A stretch of DNA of 64,000 nt, from positions 34,968,001 through 35,032,000 of the forward strand of contig OZ360253.1 of assembly GCA_977017645.1 (NCBI GenBank), given 5' to 3'. A program made the position numbers and the translations under genes. Below the pieces are notes generated by a model. The model saw nothing but the letters and a program-made list of their open reading frames with translations. It was not told the DNA's origin and searched no databases. The stretch's first letter is position 1; each line of letters opens with the position of its first letter. Positions 1-12,998 of this stretch are shown here, piece after piece. Source of the DNA: Torpedo marmorata (lineage: Eukaryota).

Positions 1-1277
1 ATGATAGGTGCAGAAAGGAGGGAGGGGGAGGAGGGATGGCTGGGTGGGTGGAAAAACTGGAAGGACAGGTGAGTGGGGAGGGGAAGGAAACGACAAGCAG
101 GTTTAGTAGAAAGCAGAAAAGTCAATGTTAATGCCATCTGGCTGGAGAGTGCCCAGACGGAAAATGAGATGTTGTTCCTCCAATTTGCGGGTAGTCTGGG
201 TGGGATAGTACATAAGGCCATGAACAGACATCTGAGTGTGGGAGTGTGACTCGGAATTGAAATGGTTGGCTACTGGGAGGTCGCTGTTGTTGCGGACGGA
301 GAGGAGGTGTTCAGCAAAGCGATCTCCCAATCTATGACCGGTCTCTCCGATGTAGAGAAAGCCACAAAGGGAGCACCGGATGCAGTAAATAAGTTCTCTG
401 GATGTACAAGTGAAGTGTTGCTTCACTTGAAAGGCCTGTTTGGGGCCCCGGACCGTGGTGAGGGGGGAGGTGTGGGCGCAGGTGTTGCACCACCTGAGGG
501 TACAGGGGAAGGTGCCGGGGGTGTGATGGGTGGGGAGGGATGAGTGCACGAGGGAATCGCGGAGGGAGCGGTCCCTGAGGAAGGCCGAGAGGGGAGGAGA
601 AGAAAAAATGTGTCTGGTGGTGGGATCCTGTAGTAAGTGCTGGAAATTCCGGCAGATAATGTGTTGGATGCGGAGGCTGGTGGGGTGGTAGGTGAGGATG
701 AGGGGGATTCTATGTTTGTTGCATCTGGGGGCAGAGGGGGCCAGGGCAGATGAGTGGGAAATAGAGGAGATGCGGGTGAGGGCTGAGTTGATGATGGTGG
801 AAGGGAAGCCACGTTTGTGGAAGGCGGCAGACATTTCAGAAGGTCTGGACTGGAAGACCTCATCTTGGGAACAAATGCAGCAGAGACGGAGAAATTAAGA
901 GAAGGGGATGGAGTCCTTGCAGGGGACAGTGTGAGGATGTGTAGTCCAGATAGTTGTTGGAGGATTTGTAGTAAATTTCGGTGGAAAGCTTGTCTCCCGA
1001 GATGGAGACAGAGAGATCCAGGAAGGGGAGAGTGTTATCGGAGATGGACCAGGTGAGTTTGAGATCGTGGTGGAAGTTGGATGCGAAGTGGATGAAGTTG
1101 ACAAGCTCATCGCGGGTGCATGAGGCAGCCCCGATGTAGTCGTTGATAATAACGAGGAAGAGATGAAGGGTCTTGCAGCATGGATTGCTCCACAAAGCCC
1201 ATAAACAGGCAAGCGTAGCTGGGACCCATGCGGGTACCCATGGCTACTCCTTTGATTTGGAGGAAGTGGGATGAGAA
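1..1277 (-). mobile_element. Penelope-like retroelement, 5'-truncated and frameshifted (RT plus GIY-YIG endonuclease)
   Basis: [19 protein letters not shown] and LPFLDLSV (PLE RT motifs); LIYCIRCSLCGFLYIGETG...RFAEH (GIY-YIG). Confidence 0.92.
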
Positions 1278-1857
1278 GACTTGTTTGGAATCTGAACATC
1301 ATGATGCAGTTGGGCCAAAGGACACATTTCTGTAAATACCCTGTACAGTATAATGTTTCCAATTTGATCAACTTTCTAGTTGATTGAAGAATCTATCCTG
1401 GGGGCGTTTGTTGGGACAGTGTAAACATCGAGCTCATGCTATACTTGCCCTGGAATGTTTGATGGGACAGTCTGGAAGGAGTTTTACTCTAAACTTATAC
1501 TGCCTCTGACAGGTGTAAACTCAAGGGAACACAAGAGGGAGCTTTGATCTTTATCTCGTTGTTTTAAGTCTGTCCTGGGAACAGATACCAATGTGTGATA
1601 CCCAAAGTGTAAAACCTTTCATTTTTACTTCAACTTGATGAGCACAAAGAGGAATTCATTAGATCATGAAAGTATTTAGACCTAAATTAGGTTACAGTAA
1701 TAAAATACAGTAATGGCTCCAGATATTAAAATCCAAATATTTCCCTTAGTTGGAATGAGATGAGTTTGTCACATACATGTACAAATGCCCTGAAATTCTT
1801 GCTTGCTGCAGTTACACAGGTACTTAAAATACACTAACAATGAGCATAAACTAAATC

Positions 1858-3190
1858 TAGGTGTTCTTCTACCCTAATCTCCGCATTCTCATTCTGATTC
1901 CCACCCCCTACCAAACTAGTTTAAACCCTCCCCAACAGCTCTAGCAAACCTGCCCGACAGGATATTGGTCCCCCTCCAGTTCAAGTGCAGCCCGTCCCTT
2001 TTGTACAGGTCAGACCTTCCCCAGATGAGATCCCAATAATCCACAAATGTGAACCCCTGCCCCCTGCACCAATTCTTTAGCCACGCATTCATCCTCCACA
2101 TCTTCCTATTCCTACCCTCTCTAGCGCGTGGCACAGGCAGCAATCCCAAGATTACCACCCTTGAGGTCCTACTTTTTAACTTCCTTCCTAACTCCTTATA
2201 TTCTTAATTCAGGACCTCATCCCCACTTCTATCTATGTCATTGGTCCCCACGTGGACCACAACATCTGGCTGCTCGCCCTCCCCCTCCAGAATGCTGTGT
2301 ACTCGATCAGAGACATCCCTGACCCTGGCACCTGGAAGGCAACATACCAACCAGGAGCCACGATCTCGTCCAGCAAACCTCCTATCCGTTCCTCTAACCA
2401 GCGAGTCCCCAATTACAAGAGCTCTCCTCTTTCCCCCCCTTCCCTTCTGAGCCGAGGGGCCAGCCCCCATGCCAGAGACCTGACCCCCGTGACTTGTCCC
2501 TGGTAGTTCGTCCCCCCCCAACAGTATCTAAAACAGTATACTTATTATTGAGGGGAACGGCCACAGGGGTTCTCTGCACTGTCTGTCTGTCTCCATCCCC
2601 CCCTTCCATTTCCTCACAGTCACCCAGTTAGCTGACTCCTGTCTATTTGGGGTGACTATCTCCCTGTAACTCCTATCTATGATTTCCTCTGCCTCCCTCA
2701 TGATCCGAAGTTCATCCAGCTGCAACTCCAGCTCCCTAACATGGTCTTTCATGCGTTGTATCTGGATGCACCTTTTGCAGGTATGGTCACCAGGAACATT
2801 TGTGCTGTCCCTGACCTCCCACATCCTGCATTCAGAGCACATGACTACCCCAACTGTCTCTATAACCCCCTCTTAACTTCCACTTCCTGCAACCCAAACT
2901 ACGAGAAATAAACTTACTAACCTTACCTCACTGTTAGCACTTCCTCAGCCTCTGCTCGCCGAAGCCTCTTGAGTCAAAGCCTCCAAGTCCCATTCCTTCC
3001 CTATGCCACTCGCTCCTCACTGGCCGCTCCCTCAGCTTCCCCTCCTGTTATTGATCACTGCTAATTAACTCAATTACACAATTTCTCATTACTACTGATC
3101 AACACTTAACCTAACCCTTTGCCCTCCCACCCTTTTTAAATGAACAATTAACTCACCAAGCTCCAATCACTAGTCGCTCCTCCTTCTCCA
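1858..3190 (-). mobile_element. CR1 LINE 5' UTR and ORF1 (zinc finger, coiled coil, SGNH esterase); ORF2 absent
   Basis: CSECRMWE...HTCKRC, LVIGDSLVR, VVVHVGTND, RDGLHLN motifs, with frameshifts. Confidence 0.88.
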
Positions 3191-3191
3191 A

Positions 3192-3790
3192 CGCAACATA
3201 AGGCACAACAGCGACTGCACTTCCTGAGAAGACTGAAGTGGGCAAGGCTACCGGCCACTATCATGTCAACCTTCTACAGGAGCTCTATCGAGAGCGTCCT
3301 GGCCGGCTGCATCACAGTGTGGTACGGTTGTTGCAGAGAAATGGATCGGAGGTCAATCCACAGGACCATAAGAGTGGCAGAGAGGATCACTGGAGTCTCC
3401 CTCCCCCCATCGACGCGATCTACCAGGATCGTTGTCTGAAGAGGGCTCGCAAAATAATTGAGGACCCCTTCCACCCCGCACACAGCATCTTTCAGCTGCT
3501 CCCGTCAGGGAAGATATACAGGAGTATCAGAGCCAGCACCACCAGGATGAGGAACAGCTTCTTCCCACGGGCAGTGAGAATGCTGAACGACCAAAGGAAC
3601 TGCTCACAATAACCATCCGAGACTCTCATATTCATGAAACAATATGTATTTATTTATTTGTATATATGTATTGTTTATCAGTCTATGTGTTATGTCTGGT
3701 TGTGTGTCTGCGTGTTTTGTACTGAGGACCGGAGAACGCTGTTTCGTCGGGTTGTACTTGTACAATCAGATGACAATAAACTTGACTTGT
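3192..3790 (+). mobile_element. Rex1/Babar LINE 3' fragment
   Basis: KAQQRLHFLRRL...CITVWYG...LLPSGKIYRSIRASTTRMRNSFFPRAVRMLN; tail gacaataaacttgacttg. Confidence 0.85.
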
Positions 3791-4332
3791 CTCATTAGGT
3801 TTAATATCCTCCAGACATGGAAACATCTTTGAAATTTATGAGCAATTCCTTTAAATGAAAGAGCTTTGACATCAGCCTGTTTTTTCTAAAAAAAATGGTA
3901 TTTGAATAAATGCCTCCCAATTCTTCCACTTCCTGCAACCCAAACTACGAGCTTCCCATTAGCTCCCCCAACCCTCCTTTTAACTTGTACCCTCTGCTGA
4001 TTCACCAAATTACATGGCAAATATTTTTAATTCCTCCTTCTGACTAGTACCACCTCAGCATAATGAGGTGATAACGTTGGTCTCAGTGTCACCGCTAAAT
4101 ACTTTTGAAAAGTAATCACTACTTTAATGGAGAGGATCAGGTGAAACTAATACTATTGGTTGGCCCTTGGGATGTAGATTGGAAGACAGTTAGAAAAAGA
4201 CCTGGAAGGTGGGCTGACATGGCGAGAGATTATTTTGGGTTTTATGTTGATACGGGGTGGTCTCCAGAGATTGGAATAGCAAGACTGAAATTCACTGCTG
4301 CCAAGGATAGTTGTAATGAATAGCTTTTAAAA

Positions 4333-4790
4333 GGAGTGAAACACAAAAGTCTGCAGACGCTGTGATTGTAGTAAAAACACAGAAAAGCTGGAGGAACTCA
4401 GCAGGTCTCGCAGCGTCCGTAGGAAGCACAGTATATTATTGACGTTTTGGGCATGAGCCCTTCTTCAAGGTATAGGCAAAAAGCAGGCAGACATCTGAAT
4501 AAAGACTGGGGTGAATAAGAGGGAAGAATGGGGGAAGGAGTCCAGACCAACAAACAAAAGGTATTAATTGGATATGATAAGAGGAAAGGTGAGAATTGAT
4601 TTTGGTTCTGTGAAAGGAGACAGAGGGAAAAGAGAGAGAATAAGAGGAAAGGAGATAGGGACAAAGATGGTGGGGGGTTGGTGAGCTTTTAAAAGGAGTC
4701 TCACGAATACAGACGGGACTGGAGTGAGGGCAAGAACTGGTCGAGAGGGAGAGGGAAACGTTGATATTAATGTCAGCGCTGATGGGGTTG
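4333..4790 (-). mobile_element. Penelope-like 3' terminal (pLTR) fragment
   Basis: Family tail (...gacctgctgagttcctccagc...gtctgcagactt) with a decayed hammerhead motif. Confidence 0.75.
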
Positions 4791-6789
4791 GTTGAATAAT
4801 CTGCCTCCCGTCGACTGCATTCCATACACGTCTTTCAATCCCGACGACATTTTTAAAATAAGATTTCCATTTCAGCTCTTCACACGACTGTCAACTTCAA
4901 TATATTGACCTTATTCACAATCACAGGATGATTGACATTAAGCTGACTGAAAAGATAAGGAAAGGTTACGTCCACTTCCTTTGAGCTAACCGTAACAAAC
5001 AAAATTGAACAGATGTGTAACCTTGAAGGAAAAAAACACAGGATCTTTTGCAGAGGTTCAGTGAACTAGAAGTAATTTAGTTGTAAAAATCAGATGACTA
5101 TCGGCTCCTTACAGATAGTAAAGAGATGAGCCTATCATCAGATCAGCCATAATCACATTGACTGGCGGAGCAAGCTTGACGGGCCAGAAGGCCTACTCCT
5201 GTTCCTATTTATGTTCTTATGACTGGACCCCAACCCAAGTTTTCTCCCTTCCCAATGCAGTGAGTGCCAACTCTCACTGGAGAAATATTTTCAGGATTCT
5301 TTGTTTTGGGAACGCCAGAACAAAGCCTAGAACTCCCATGGAAATGTAGTACCCGAGGTTTTTCGGCCCAAGAGCCCTATGCTGGCTAGTTGGAAAAGCA
5401 ATACACTTTGCTTGTTCATATGGACCTGTAACTTTTCAAAATGGGTTGAGGTTTGAACAAAAATAAAATGTGTACCGTTCATCCATCTTTCACAAAGGTC
5501 AAGGCTACTTAACTACAACTCCACTTTCCCACTCAATCCCAGATTTAACATCATTCAAACATCTATTAAACTTGGAAGCATTCTGTTGTCTGGCGTGGGG
5601 AATTCCAAGGATTTACACCTCCCAAATGAATCCAAAAGGGCCAGCCTGAGAATGTGAGTCTTAAAATATTGACAGAAGTGGAGAAGCAGAGCGCAATCCA
5701 TTGTGAATGTTGATGATTCAGCAAGGCGAAAGCTGATTGTGAAGAACCACTCCTTATTTGGCAAAGACAGTAAAAGATGATTAACCATTGGGTAAGGGAC
5801 GCGGTTTAGCAAATCCTAAGAAACATGTACTTACATGGTAAAATCTTTGTGAAAGTATGTTCAAATGTTCTGGTAAGCTGGAAGTTTGTCTGTATAAATA
5901 TGCAACCCTTGAGCCACGTGGCAGACTCCCGAGCTGCAGGTGGCAATGCCTCTTGCTGTAACAGAGTTCTTATGCTTTGCAAGGCAACAATAAAGTATGG
6001 TGAAATTTGTAGCCGTATTTACGTTCGCTTGTCAAGTAATCTCAGGTCGACTTTAACAAGCCCTTAACTGAGTTTAATTCCAGACCGTTCAGCGCAGGAT
6101 GCTTGTTGAATCACCTTCCAGATCATACACGAGTTGTGTTAATGGTCTCCTGCTGAATATCCACTGCTAAGAACAGCCCACAGCATAAACAATTCTCAAG
6201 GCTTCTCCACTTACCACTCTCTATCAACCAGCTTCACATTATTGCCTTCTGCCAATGCTCAAGTTACTCTATGGGATAATTTCCCATTTTTATAAAGGAC
6301 GATGATAACTGACAACAAACATGGAATATATAAAGTGGGGGTGCAAGATGCCATTGTGAGGAGTGGGCAGGGAGAAGGAAAATTGGAGAAATAACACCCC
6401 TCTCCGCCACTGTAAACCACCACTAAACCACTCAGCGAGCACGGTCCACAGAGAAATGTACAGTATCATTCTGAGTGGATTCCTTGGGCTGCTTCACACT
6501 TGAAGATCAATGAGCTGATAATCGGTGGTTGCAAAACATAAACCAGCTGGATGGGGGTCACTGGTTATCAATGGTAATTAATGATGAACGTCACCATTCC
6601 TCCAATGTCATTACCATTGCAGACCAGGTTGCATACTGGAGAGCTGGCCACTGTGTATGAACGTGGAGTGGAGATGGTGACTGTGCTGACGCAGGGGGGC
6701 ATCATGTCAATTACAAGCGTTGTGGAAGTAAGTGCCTGCCTGGTGGGGGTGGGTGTAGATTGATCAATGTTAATTAATGCCCCCATGTC

Positions 6790-7898
6790 AATGGGGCCAT
6801 TGTTGTTTGTCATCTATATCATTGATCTGGATGATAATGTGGTAAATTGGATCAGCAAGTTTGCAGATGACACTAAGATTGGAGGTGTTGTGGACAGCGA
6901 AGAAGGTTTTCAAAGATTGCAGAGGGATCTGGACCAGCTGGAAAAATGGGCTGAAAAATGGCAGATGTAATTTAATGCAGCCAAGTGTGAGGTGTTGCAT
7001 TTTGGAAGGACAAACCAAGAAAGGACATACACGGTAAATGGTAGGGCACTGAGGAGTGCGGTAGAACAGAGGGATCTGGGGATACAGATACATAATTCCC
7101 TGAAAGTGGCATCACAGGTGGATAGGGTTGTAAAGAAAGCTTTTGGCATATTGGCCTTCATAAATCAAAGTACTGAGTACAGGAGTTGGGATGTTATGGT
7201 AAAGTTGTATAAGACATTGGTGAGGCCAAATTTGGAGTATTGTGTGCAGTTTTGGTCACCTAACTACAGGAAAGATATCAATAAGATAGAAAGAGTGCAG
7301 AGAAGATTTACTAGGAAGTAAACACGAAAATCTGTAGACACCGTAATAATGTAGTAAAAAACACACAAGCTGGAGAACTCAGCAGGTCAAACAGTGTCTT
7401 TTATGTAGCAAAGGTAGAAATACATAACCGACGTTTCGGGCTTGAGCCCTTCATCAAAGTATGAGAAAATGCATGTTGCCCATACTTCAGGAACTGAGTT
7501 ACAGGGAAAGGTTAAACAGTTTAGGACTTTATTCCCTGGAGCGTGGAAGAATGAGGGGAGATTTGATATTTAAAATTATGAGGGGGATAGACAGAGTAAA
7601 TGTAGGTAGGCTTTTTCCACTGAGGGTAGGTGAGATACAAACCAGAGGACATGGGTTAAGAGCAAAAGGGGAAAAGTTTAGGGGGAACTTCTTCACACAG
7701 AGAGTGGTGGGAGTGTGGAACGAGCTGCCAGCTGAAGTGGTGAATTTTAACATTTAAGAAGAATTTGGACAGGTACATGGATGGGAGGGGTATGGAGGGC
7801 TATGGACTGGGTGCAGGTCAGTGGGACTCTGCAAAAAAATGGTTCAGCACAGACTAGAAGGACCGAAGGGGCCTGTTTCTGTGCTGTAATGTTCTATG
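6790..7898 (+). mobile_element. CR1 LINE 3' fragment interrupted by a minus-strand Penelope tail (about 7317-7472)
   Basis: GPLLFVIYI, KFADDTK, LVRPNLEYCVQFWSP; tail tgtaatgttctatg. Confidence 0.92.
7423..7463 (-). ncRNA. Putative minimal hammerhead ribozyme
   Basis: Identical to the motif at 34896-34936. Confidence 0.62.
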
Positions 7899-7931
7899 GG
7901 CCTTGCTGCTGTGTAAAAGAACACAGAGGGT

Positions 7932-8391
7932 TGTAAATATTCAGAGTGAGGGGACCCATGACTTGTGTTGCCGCGTAACTCCAGCCGAGCCAGTAAATCT
8001 CCAACAGCCTGGAGATTCCCCAACAATGCCCGAGTAAAGGGGGAACTGGTTACATGATTGGTTCACATATGATGCAACTTGCAGATGAATAATGTGTAGC
8101 TTAATGCTGATAGGGTAATGCTTGACACATAGGAGACAGTATTTTGATTGGTCAATCAGACTGTGGCAGGGTAAACAAATCGATGTAACTGTATGTTCGG
8201 TGAGCTCCTGGATCCCTCCGGGGGGCGGTGATGGACCTCCCACCAAGCTTGTGTGTAAATAAAGGAGTACTGGGAAACTAAAGTGTCCGAGTCCTCCCTT
8301 CCTTACTGCTGACGAAGAGCACCGCCCTGGACCTGGACGAAAGGGGTCGAAAAGCGACCATCCACAGGGTCGACATTTATTACTCATTACA
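7932..8391 (+). mobile_element. Candidate solo LTR
   Basis: TGTAA...TTACA ends, internal ATTGG boxes, AATAAA near 8258, CpG retained; no clean target-site duplication. Confidence 0.5.
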
Positions 8392-9811
8392 ATCCTGCCC
8401 AGCATCCGATAATTCACTGAAGGGCATGATTAAAAATAAAAGCTGGCATCAACTCAGGGCTGAGAATCTTTACAGGAGATTCATGAATAGAAAACCATAG
8501 AACATTACAGCACAAAAAAGGTCCCTTTAGATCTAATCTGTGCCGAACCATCACTCTGACTCGTCTCATGGACCTGCACCCAGTCCCTGTCCCATCCATG
8601 TACCTGTCCAAAATTTTCTTACTTTTTAAAATTTAAATTGCTAAAAACTGAAAATGCTGGTAAAATCTCAGATCAGGCAGCATCTGTGGAAAGAGAAGCA
8701 GAGTTGATGCTTCAGGTCTGTTACCTTTCATCCAAACTGGGAAAAGATAGAGACCAAATTTCAAGAGGACAGCGACCTTTTGCAAGCATGCACTTTGTTC
8801 TTTTCACCCTATCTGCAACTTTAAACACGTTTAATTACCAACTTTTCCAAGTTCTGGTTAACCTAAAACACAAACTTTGCTTCTCTCTCCACAGCTGGAG
8901 CCTGACCTGCTGAACATTGCTATCATTTCTCTCTCCACAGCTGGTGCCTGACCTGCTGAACGTTGCTATCATTTTTCATTGCATCTTTCCAGCATCTGCA
9001 GTTTTCTTTTTCCAATAGTAATCCGGCACACATTGAGTTAGTTGTCCCCTGAACATGTTTTAACAGGAAGAATGCTGCTAGTTGAGGGACAATTGCAATG
9101 GACACAACAGTCTGTAGCTAGAAGCGGCTGATGGCAGCTGGTAAAATGGATTTGCTAATCCAGATTCAAACTTTTGCTTGAATGTCACTTGTAATCTCAA
9201 CCTGTCACTATTGGATGTATTACAGTTCATGAAAATATAAGTTGCGGAAAGAGAAATAGAACTAACTTTTCAGGTCGGAAACCCTAACAATCTGTCGTGT
9301 ACCTGCATACTAACCTTTTGTAAATCATGCATTTGATTCCCAAGCCTCGACATAAGATTCTTCTACATTTTCCCACCTCACTCGATCTTTGCTCACTCAC
9401 AGCCCATCTATATCCCTTTGTAGCTTCTTGTGTCCTCTCAACAACTTACTTTCTGACTTATCTTTGTGTCATCAGCAATTTAGGAACCATATCTTCAGCG
9501 CCTTTATCCAGTCAGTTGTATGAATTTTAAAAAGATAAGGTTCCAGCACTGATCCCTGTAGCACATCAGCTGCTATTCAAAAGAACCGTTGTCAGTTTCA
9601 CATTTTTATCCACAATATTACCTCCACCACCAATAACTTCTATCTTCCTTAATATCCTTTGAGGTGACACTAACCAAATGACTCAGAGAAATGTGAGGAT
9701 ATCCACCAGTTCCCCTTTACCCACCACTTGTTATCTCTTCAGATAACTCCAATAAATCGTTCAAATGCAGTACCCCTTTCACAAATCATGCGGACTCTGT
9801 GCCTGATTACG

Positions 9812-10045
9812 TTTTTAAAAAATTTAGACATTCAGCACAGTAACAGGCCCTTCCGGCCCATGAGCCTGTGTCGCCCAAACACCCCAATTAACCTACAACT
9901 CCCGTACGTTTTTGAATGGTGGGAGTAAACAGGAGCACCCGGGGGGAACCCACGCAGACATGGGGAGAACGTACAAACTCCTTACAGACAGCGCCGGATT
10001 CAAACCCAGGTCACTGGCGCTGTGACAGCGTTGCACTAACCATTT
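9812..10045 (-). mobile_element. tRNA-derived V-SINE (HE1-like)
   Basis: B-box-like GGTTTGAATCC and V-domain ctgtctgtaaggagtttgtacgttctcccc; other copies at about 23340-23560 (+) and 30412-30640 (-). Confidence 0.85.
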
Positions 10046-10309
10046 ACTTTGAAGTTTTCTAGGTGCTCCGCTATGCCACGAGTTATAGTAGGGCCCTTTT
10101 CTGTCTGTGTGGTGTGTGCAGCAAGGACGATGGAAGCGAGCTCCATTTATCATAATCCAAACAGAAAATGGCAGCAAGATTCAGGCAGCACCATCAGAGG
10201 GAGAAATGTTCATTTCTTTCTTTCCCCACAGATATGCCCGTTGTCAACTTCAGATCTCCAGCACTGCATTTCGGTCTCCAGGTGCACAAAGCTCACAATC
10301 CACAGTATC

Positions 10310-12322
10310 CACTTTCTCTGAAGTTTTATTGAGCATTTGCAACTGTGTTTTGTGCCTACAAAAGTGCAACTGTGACAATGAAAAATCAAATATCCCCCCA
10401 AGTTCAGGCAATACTGCTGGCAGCAGGAGATGGCGGTCTGATTCCATCAGGAGAATTGTGGGTCTTTTACAGAAACGGAGAATGGTTGAATCTGATGAAG
10501 AGGCATTTCTAGACTTTCATAAAGTAGCCCCCAAACTGAAGATATCACAACAAAAACACCAGGCAACTGCAGCAAATAGGATATGATTCTTGTATAAAGA
10601 GTTGGTACCATGGTAATAAACAAATTAATTGGTTTACCTATAACTTGCCCCCTTATGCTGCGCCAATGACTCTCAACTATTGTGAGGCTCTGCTCCAAGT
10701 GTCATATTAAGCTCAAATTAGTTTCTCCAACATTTCCCCTTTGAAAGGACAGAGACAAAAGTTGTCCTGCTAGAAGTGAAGACATTAAAATTCCAGTCCC
10801 ATTTCAGGAAGCCTGGTTCTCATCAGTGCAACAAAACATTCCTTTAGAAAATCTGTCAATTAAATTAATTTTAGTAACTATCCATACTTGGATGCCTTTA
10901 AATATTTTTTTTCACAGAACTATTTTTTTTAAAGAATACTTTGAACAACTCTTACAGCTGCTTCAACACAAGACTAAATTATTCTGGAATTTTTTTTTTG
11001 TTTTAAATTTCTTCTGGACATTTTTCTAGTTTCAATTATGAATAGAAGATATTCATAATTTTCAATTGCTGGTTTTCCTATTTCCTATTGCCTTTGACAT
11101 TTATTTTAAAAAAGTGATTAACTCCAAGAGCAGCAAGTTAACGTTTAAAAAAACCTTCCAGTAGAACTTATTCCCATCAGTTTGCAAATTATCATACAGC
11201 TCACATTGTGAATCATATCACATCAAAAGAATATTGAAAAATGAATTACAGAAATGGTGAAAATACACAGCACCTCCTTCAGAAAGTGAAAAGCCAAAAG
11301 TTCCAATCTGAGAGCTCAGCTGACTGTGGGACAGAAAAGCCCAGATGTGGCTCGGTATTTTTGGTTCCAGACATGCTGTGAAGTTCCAGCATTTTTTCCA
11401 AATGTCACTGATCAGGACACTTCAGGTCTTTGTGTGGGGTGTAAATATTACGACAGTCACTTGGCAGAGTGCAGTTCAGTCGAGTCTGAAGAGACCTGAC
11501 CACAGCCCGCACTTTCAGCTCCGAATATGTAGCAAAACCACATACTCACTGCACAAACGCCCACAGGAGATGCCAACAAATGAAGCCAAGACTTTAAATA
11601 TTCCAGTCACTAGAAAAAAATATCCTGAACATTGTGATAACAGGAGACCAACTGGCCTCTGATTTACTGACAAAATGCAGCAGGATGGTGTGGTCATGAA
11701 CTTTGGAACTACTACCCCACCCCCAACCCTAGCTTTGAGTGGGAGAGACCTCGGGGGGAAAATTCATCGCCAGTCCTTTCATGAATGCATTGCACAAGTC
11801 AGATCAGAACAAGTCAGGTCCACACATTGACTTTGACGACTCTGACACCCATGCACGCAAATGACACTTTCACACCTGCCTAGTCTGTTCTTGCACTCTT
11901 GTGCTTTTGCATCACTGAGACATGTAAACTGACCACTTTCACATTCCCCAGAACTCTACTCCTTGCTTTTCAAGGAATGAATTTACAGTCACATCAGGCT
12001 TGCCCATTAAAGTGATGAAGTGACATACTTTGTAGTGGTAAATGCATAAACCGCATGTAGAATTTCTACATAAAGTGCATTGGTTTGGGTGGTTCTTCTT
12101 TGCTGTCACTACACAAGCAACTTGAAATCCACGGTTTGATTCAAACTGAGGAAGTTTGTTGAGTTCCGCATTTTCCAGCTCTGACTGCGTCTGCTCCACG
12201 ACCATTCCCCTCCCCATCAACTCCTTGGGGTTTATGGATCCAAGAGCTGAGGTTCCTACTGGTAATTGGTAGCTATCTTGCAACTCCTAGCTCCAGGTGA
12301 GGAAGCAATGTTGTTAAATCGC
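10310..12322 (-). other. Probable MAN2A2 3' UTR with candidate poly(A) signals
   Basis: Stretch after the stop with no recognisable transposon; AATAAA on the minus strand at 11100-11105 and 10325-10330. The true 3' end cannot be determined from sequence. Confidence 0.5.
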
Positions 12323-12472
12323 TCAAACCATCCGGATACGGAAGGTGGAAATCTCCATTGGTCTCAGGAAGACAAGGCTGTTGTTGGAGGGCTTGGCGGG
12401 ATACAGGAGAGACAGGGACGTTGGCTGCATATTCACGACATCCAGACCCTGAAACAGGCTCCCCACGGATAA
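12323..12472 (-). CDS. MAN2A2: MAN2A2 exon 22 (last coding exon)
   Basis: [49 protein letters not shown], typical GH38 PMEIxTF C-terminus, TGA at 12323-12325. Confidence 0.96.
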   Translation of the reverse strand, partial: LSVGSLFQGLDVVNMQPTSLSLLYPAKPSNNSLVFLRPMEISTFRIRMV

Positions 12473-12494
12473 CTGCAACAGAAAGGCAAGAGAC

Positions 12495-12692
12495 ACACGA
12501 GGCTGTAATCAAGTACGAAAGTAGAGCATTCCTATGAAACCTTTTGTAAGCTGAAATGGCGTAAAGCGAAGACCCATTCACTACTATTGAAGGCTATTTT
12601 CGTAAAAGCAAAAACCCATTCAAATTTCTTTCAGATAGCGAACTCAGGTTTCTTCATAAAAGCGAATTTGCGTAAAGCGAGGTATACCTGTA
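12495..12692. mobile_element. Tigger/pogo-like DNA transposon end
   Basis: Minus-strand terminus (TA)CAGGTATACCTCGCTTTACGC. Confidence 0.55.
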
Positions 12693-12998
12693 TTTTCAAA
12701 AAATTATGAGATATAAATGTTTTCCACAGTTCCTGCTGTGCTTAAAGTATCCAGATGGAATTACTGGTATTCCCAAATTTACAGCAATCTGAAACTTTAG
12801 ATGAGGTTTGACACGCTGCTTTGCAAGAGATTTAACTAGAAATTAAACAATTATTGTCTTCTCACCGAGAACACAGTTCGGCAGACCATTATCCACCCAT
12901 TTGATCAGCAGTTAAAAGTGCAAAACACTCAAATTAAAATGCTAGAAATATCCAACAGCATCTGTGGATGGAAAGATAGATCATTCTGATGAAAGGTC

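Noticed and set aside
103-834. Domesticated or stand-alone GIY-YIG nuclease gene (also 41206-41580)
   Set aside because: It is part of truncated, multi-copy Penelope-like elements with a frameshifted RT.
1278-1345. Acceptor-like TTTACAG with a short open frame next to the Penelope element
   Set aside because: There is no donor or recognisable protein; probably chance.
4436-4472. Additional active hammerheads (also about 16275-16308, 25106-25146 and 56045-56140)
   Set aside because: The core GAAA or stem II is mutated (for example CCCAAAAC), consistent with CpG decay.
5835-5889. Possible minus-strand exon (AG...GTAAGT) of a downstream gene
   Set aside because: The pyrimidine tract is weak, no frame gives a recognisable peptide, and no partner exons were found.
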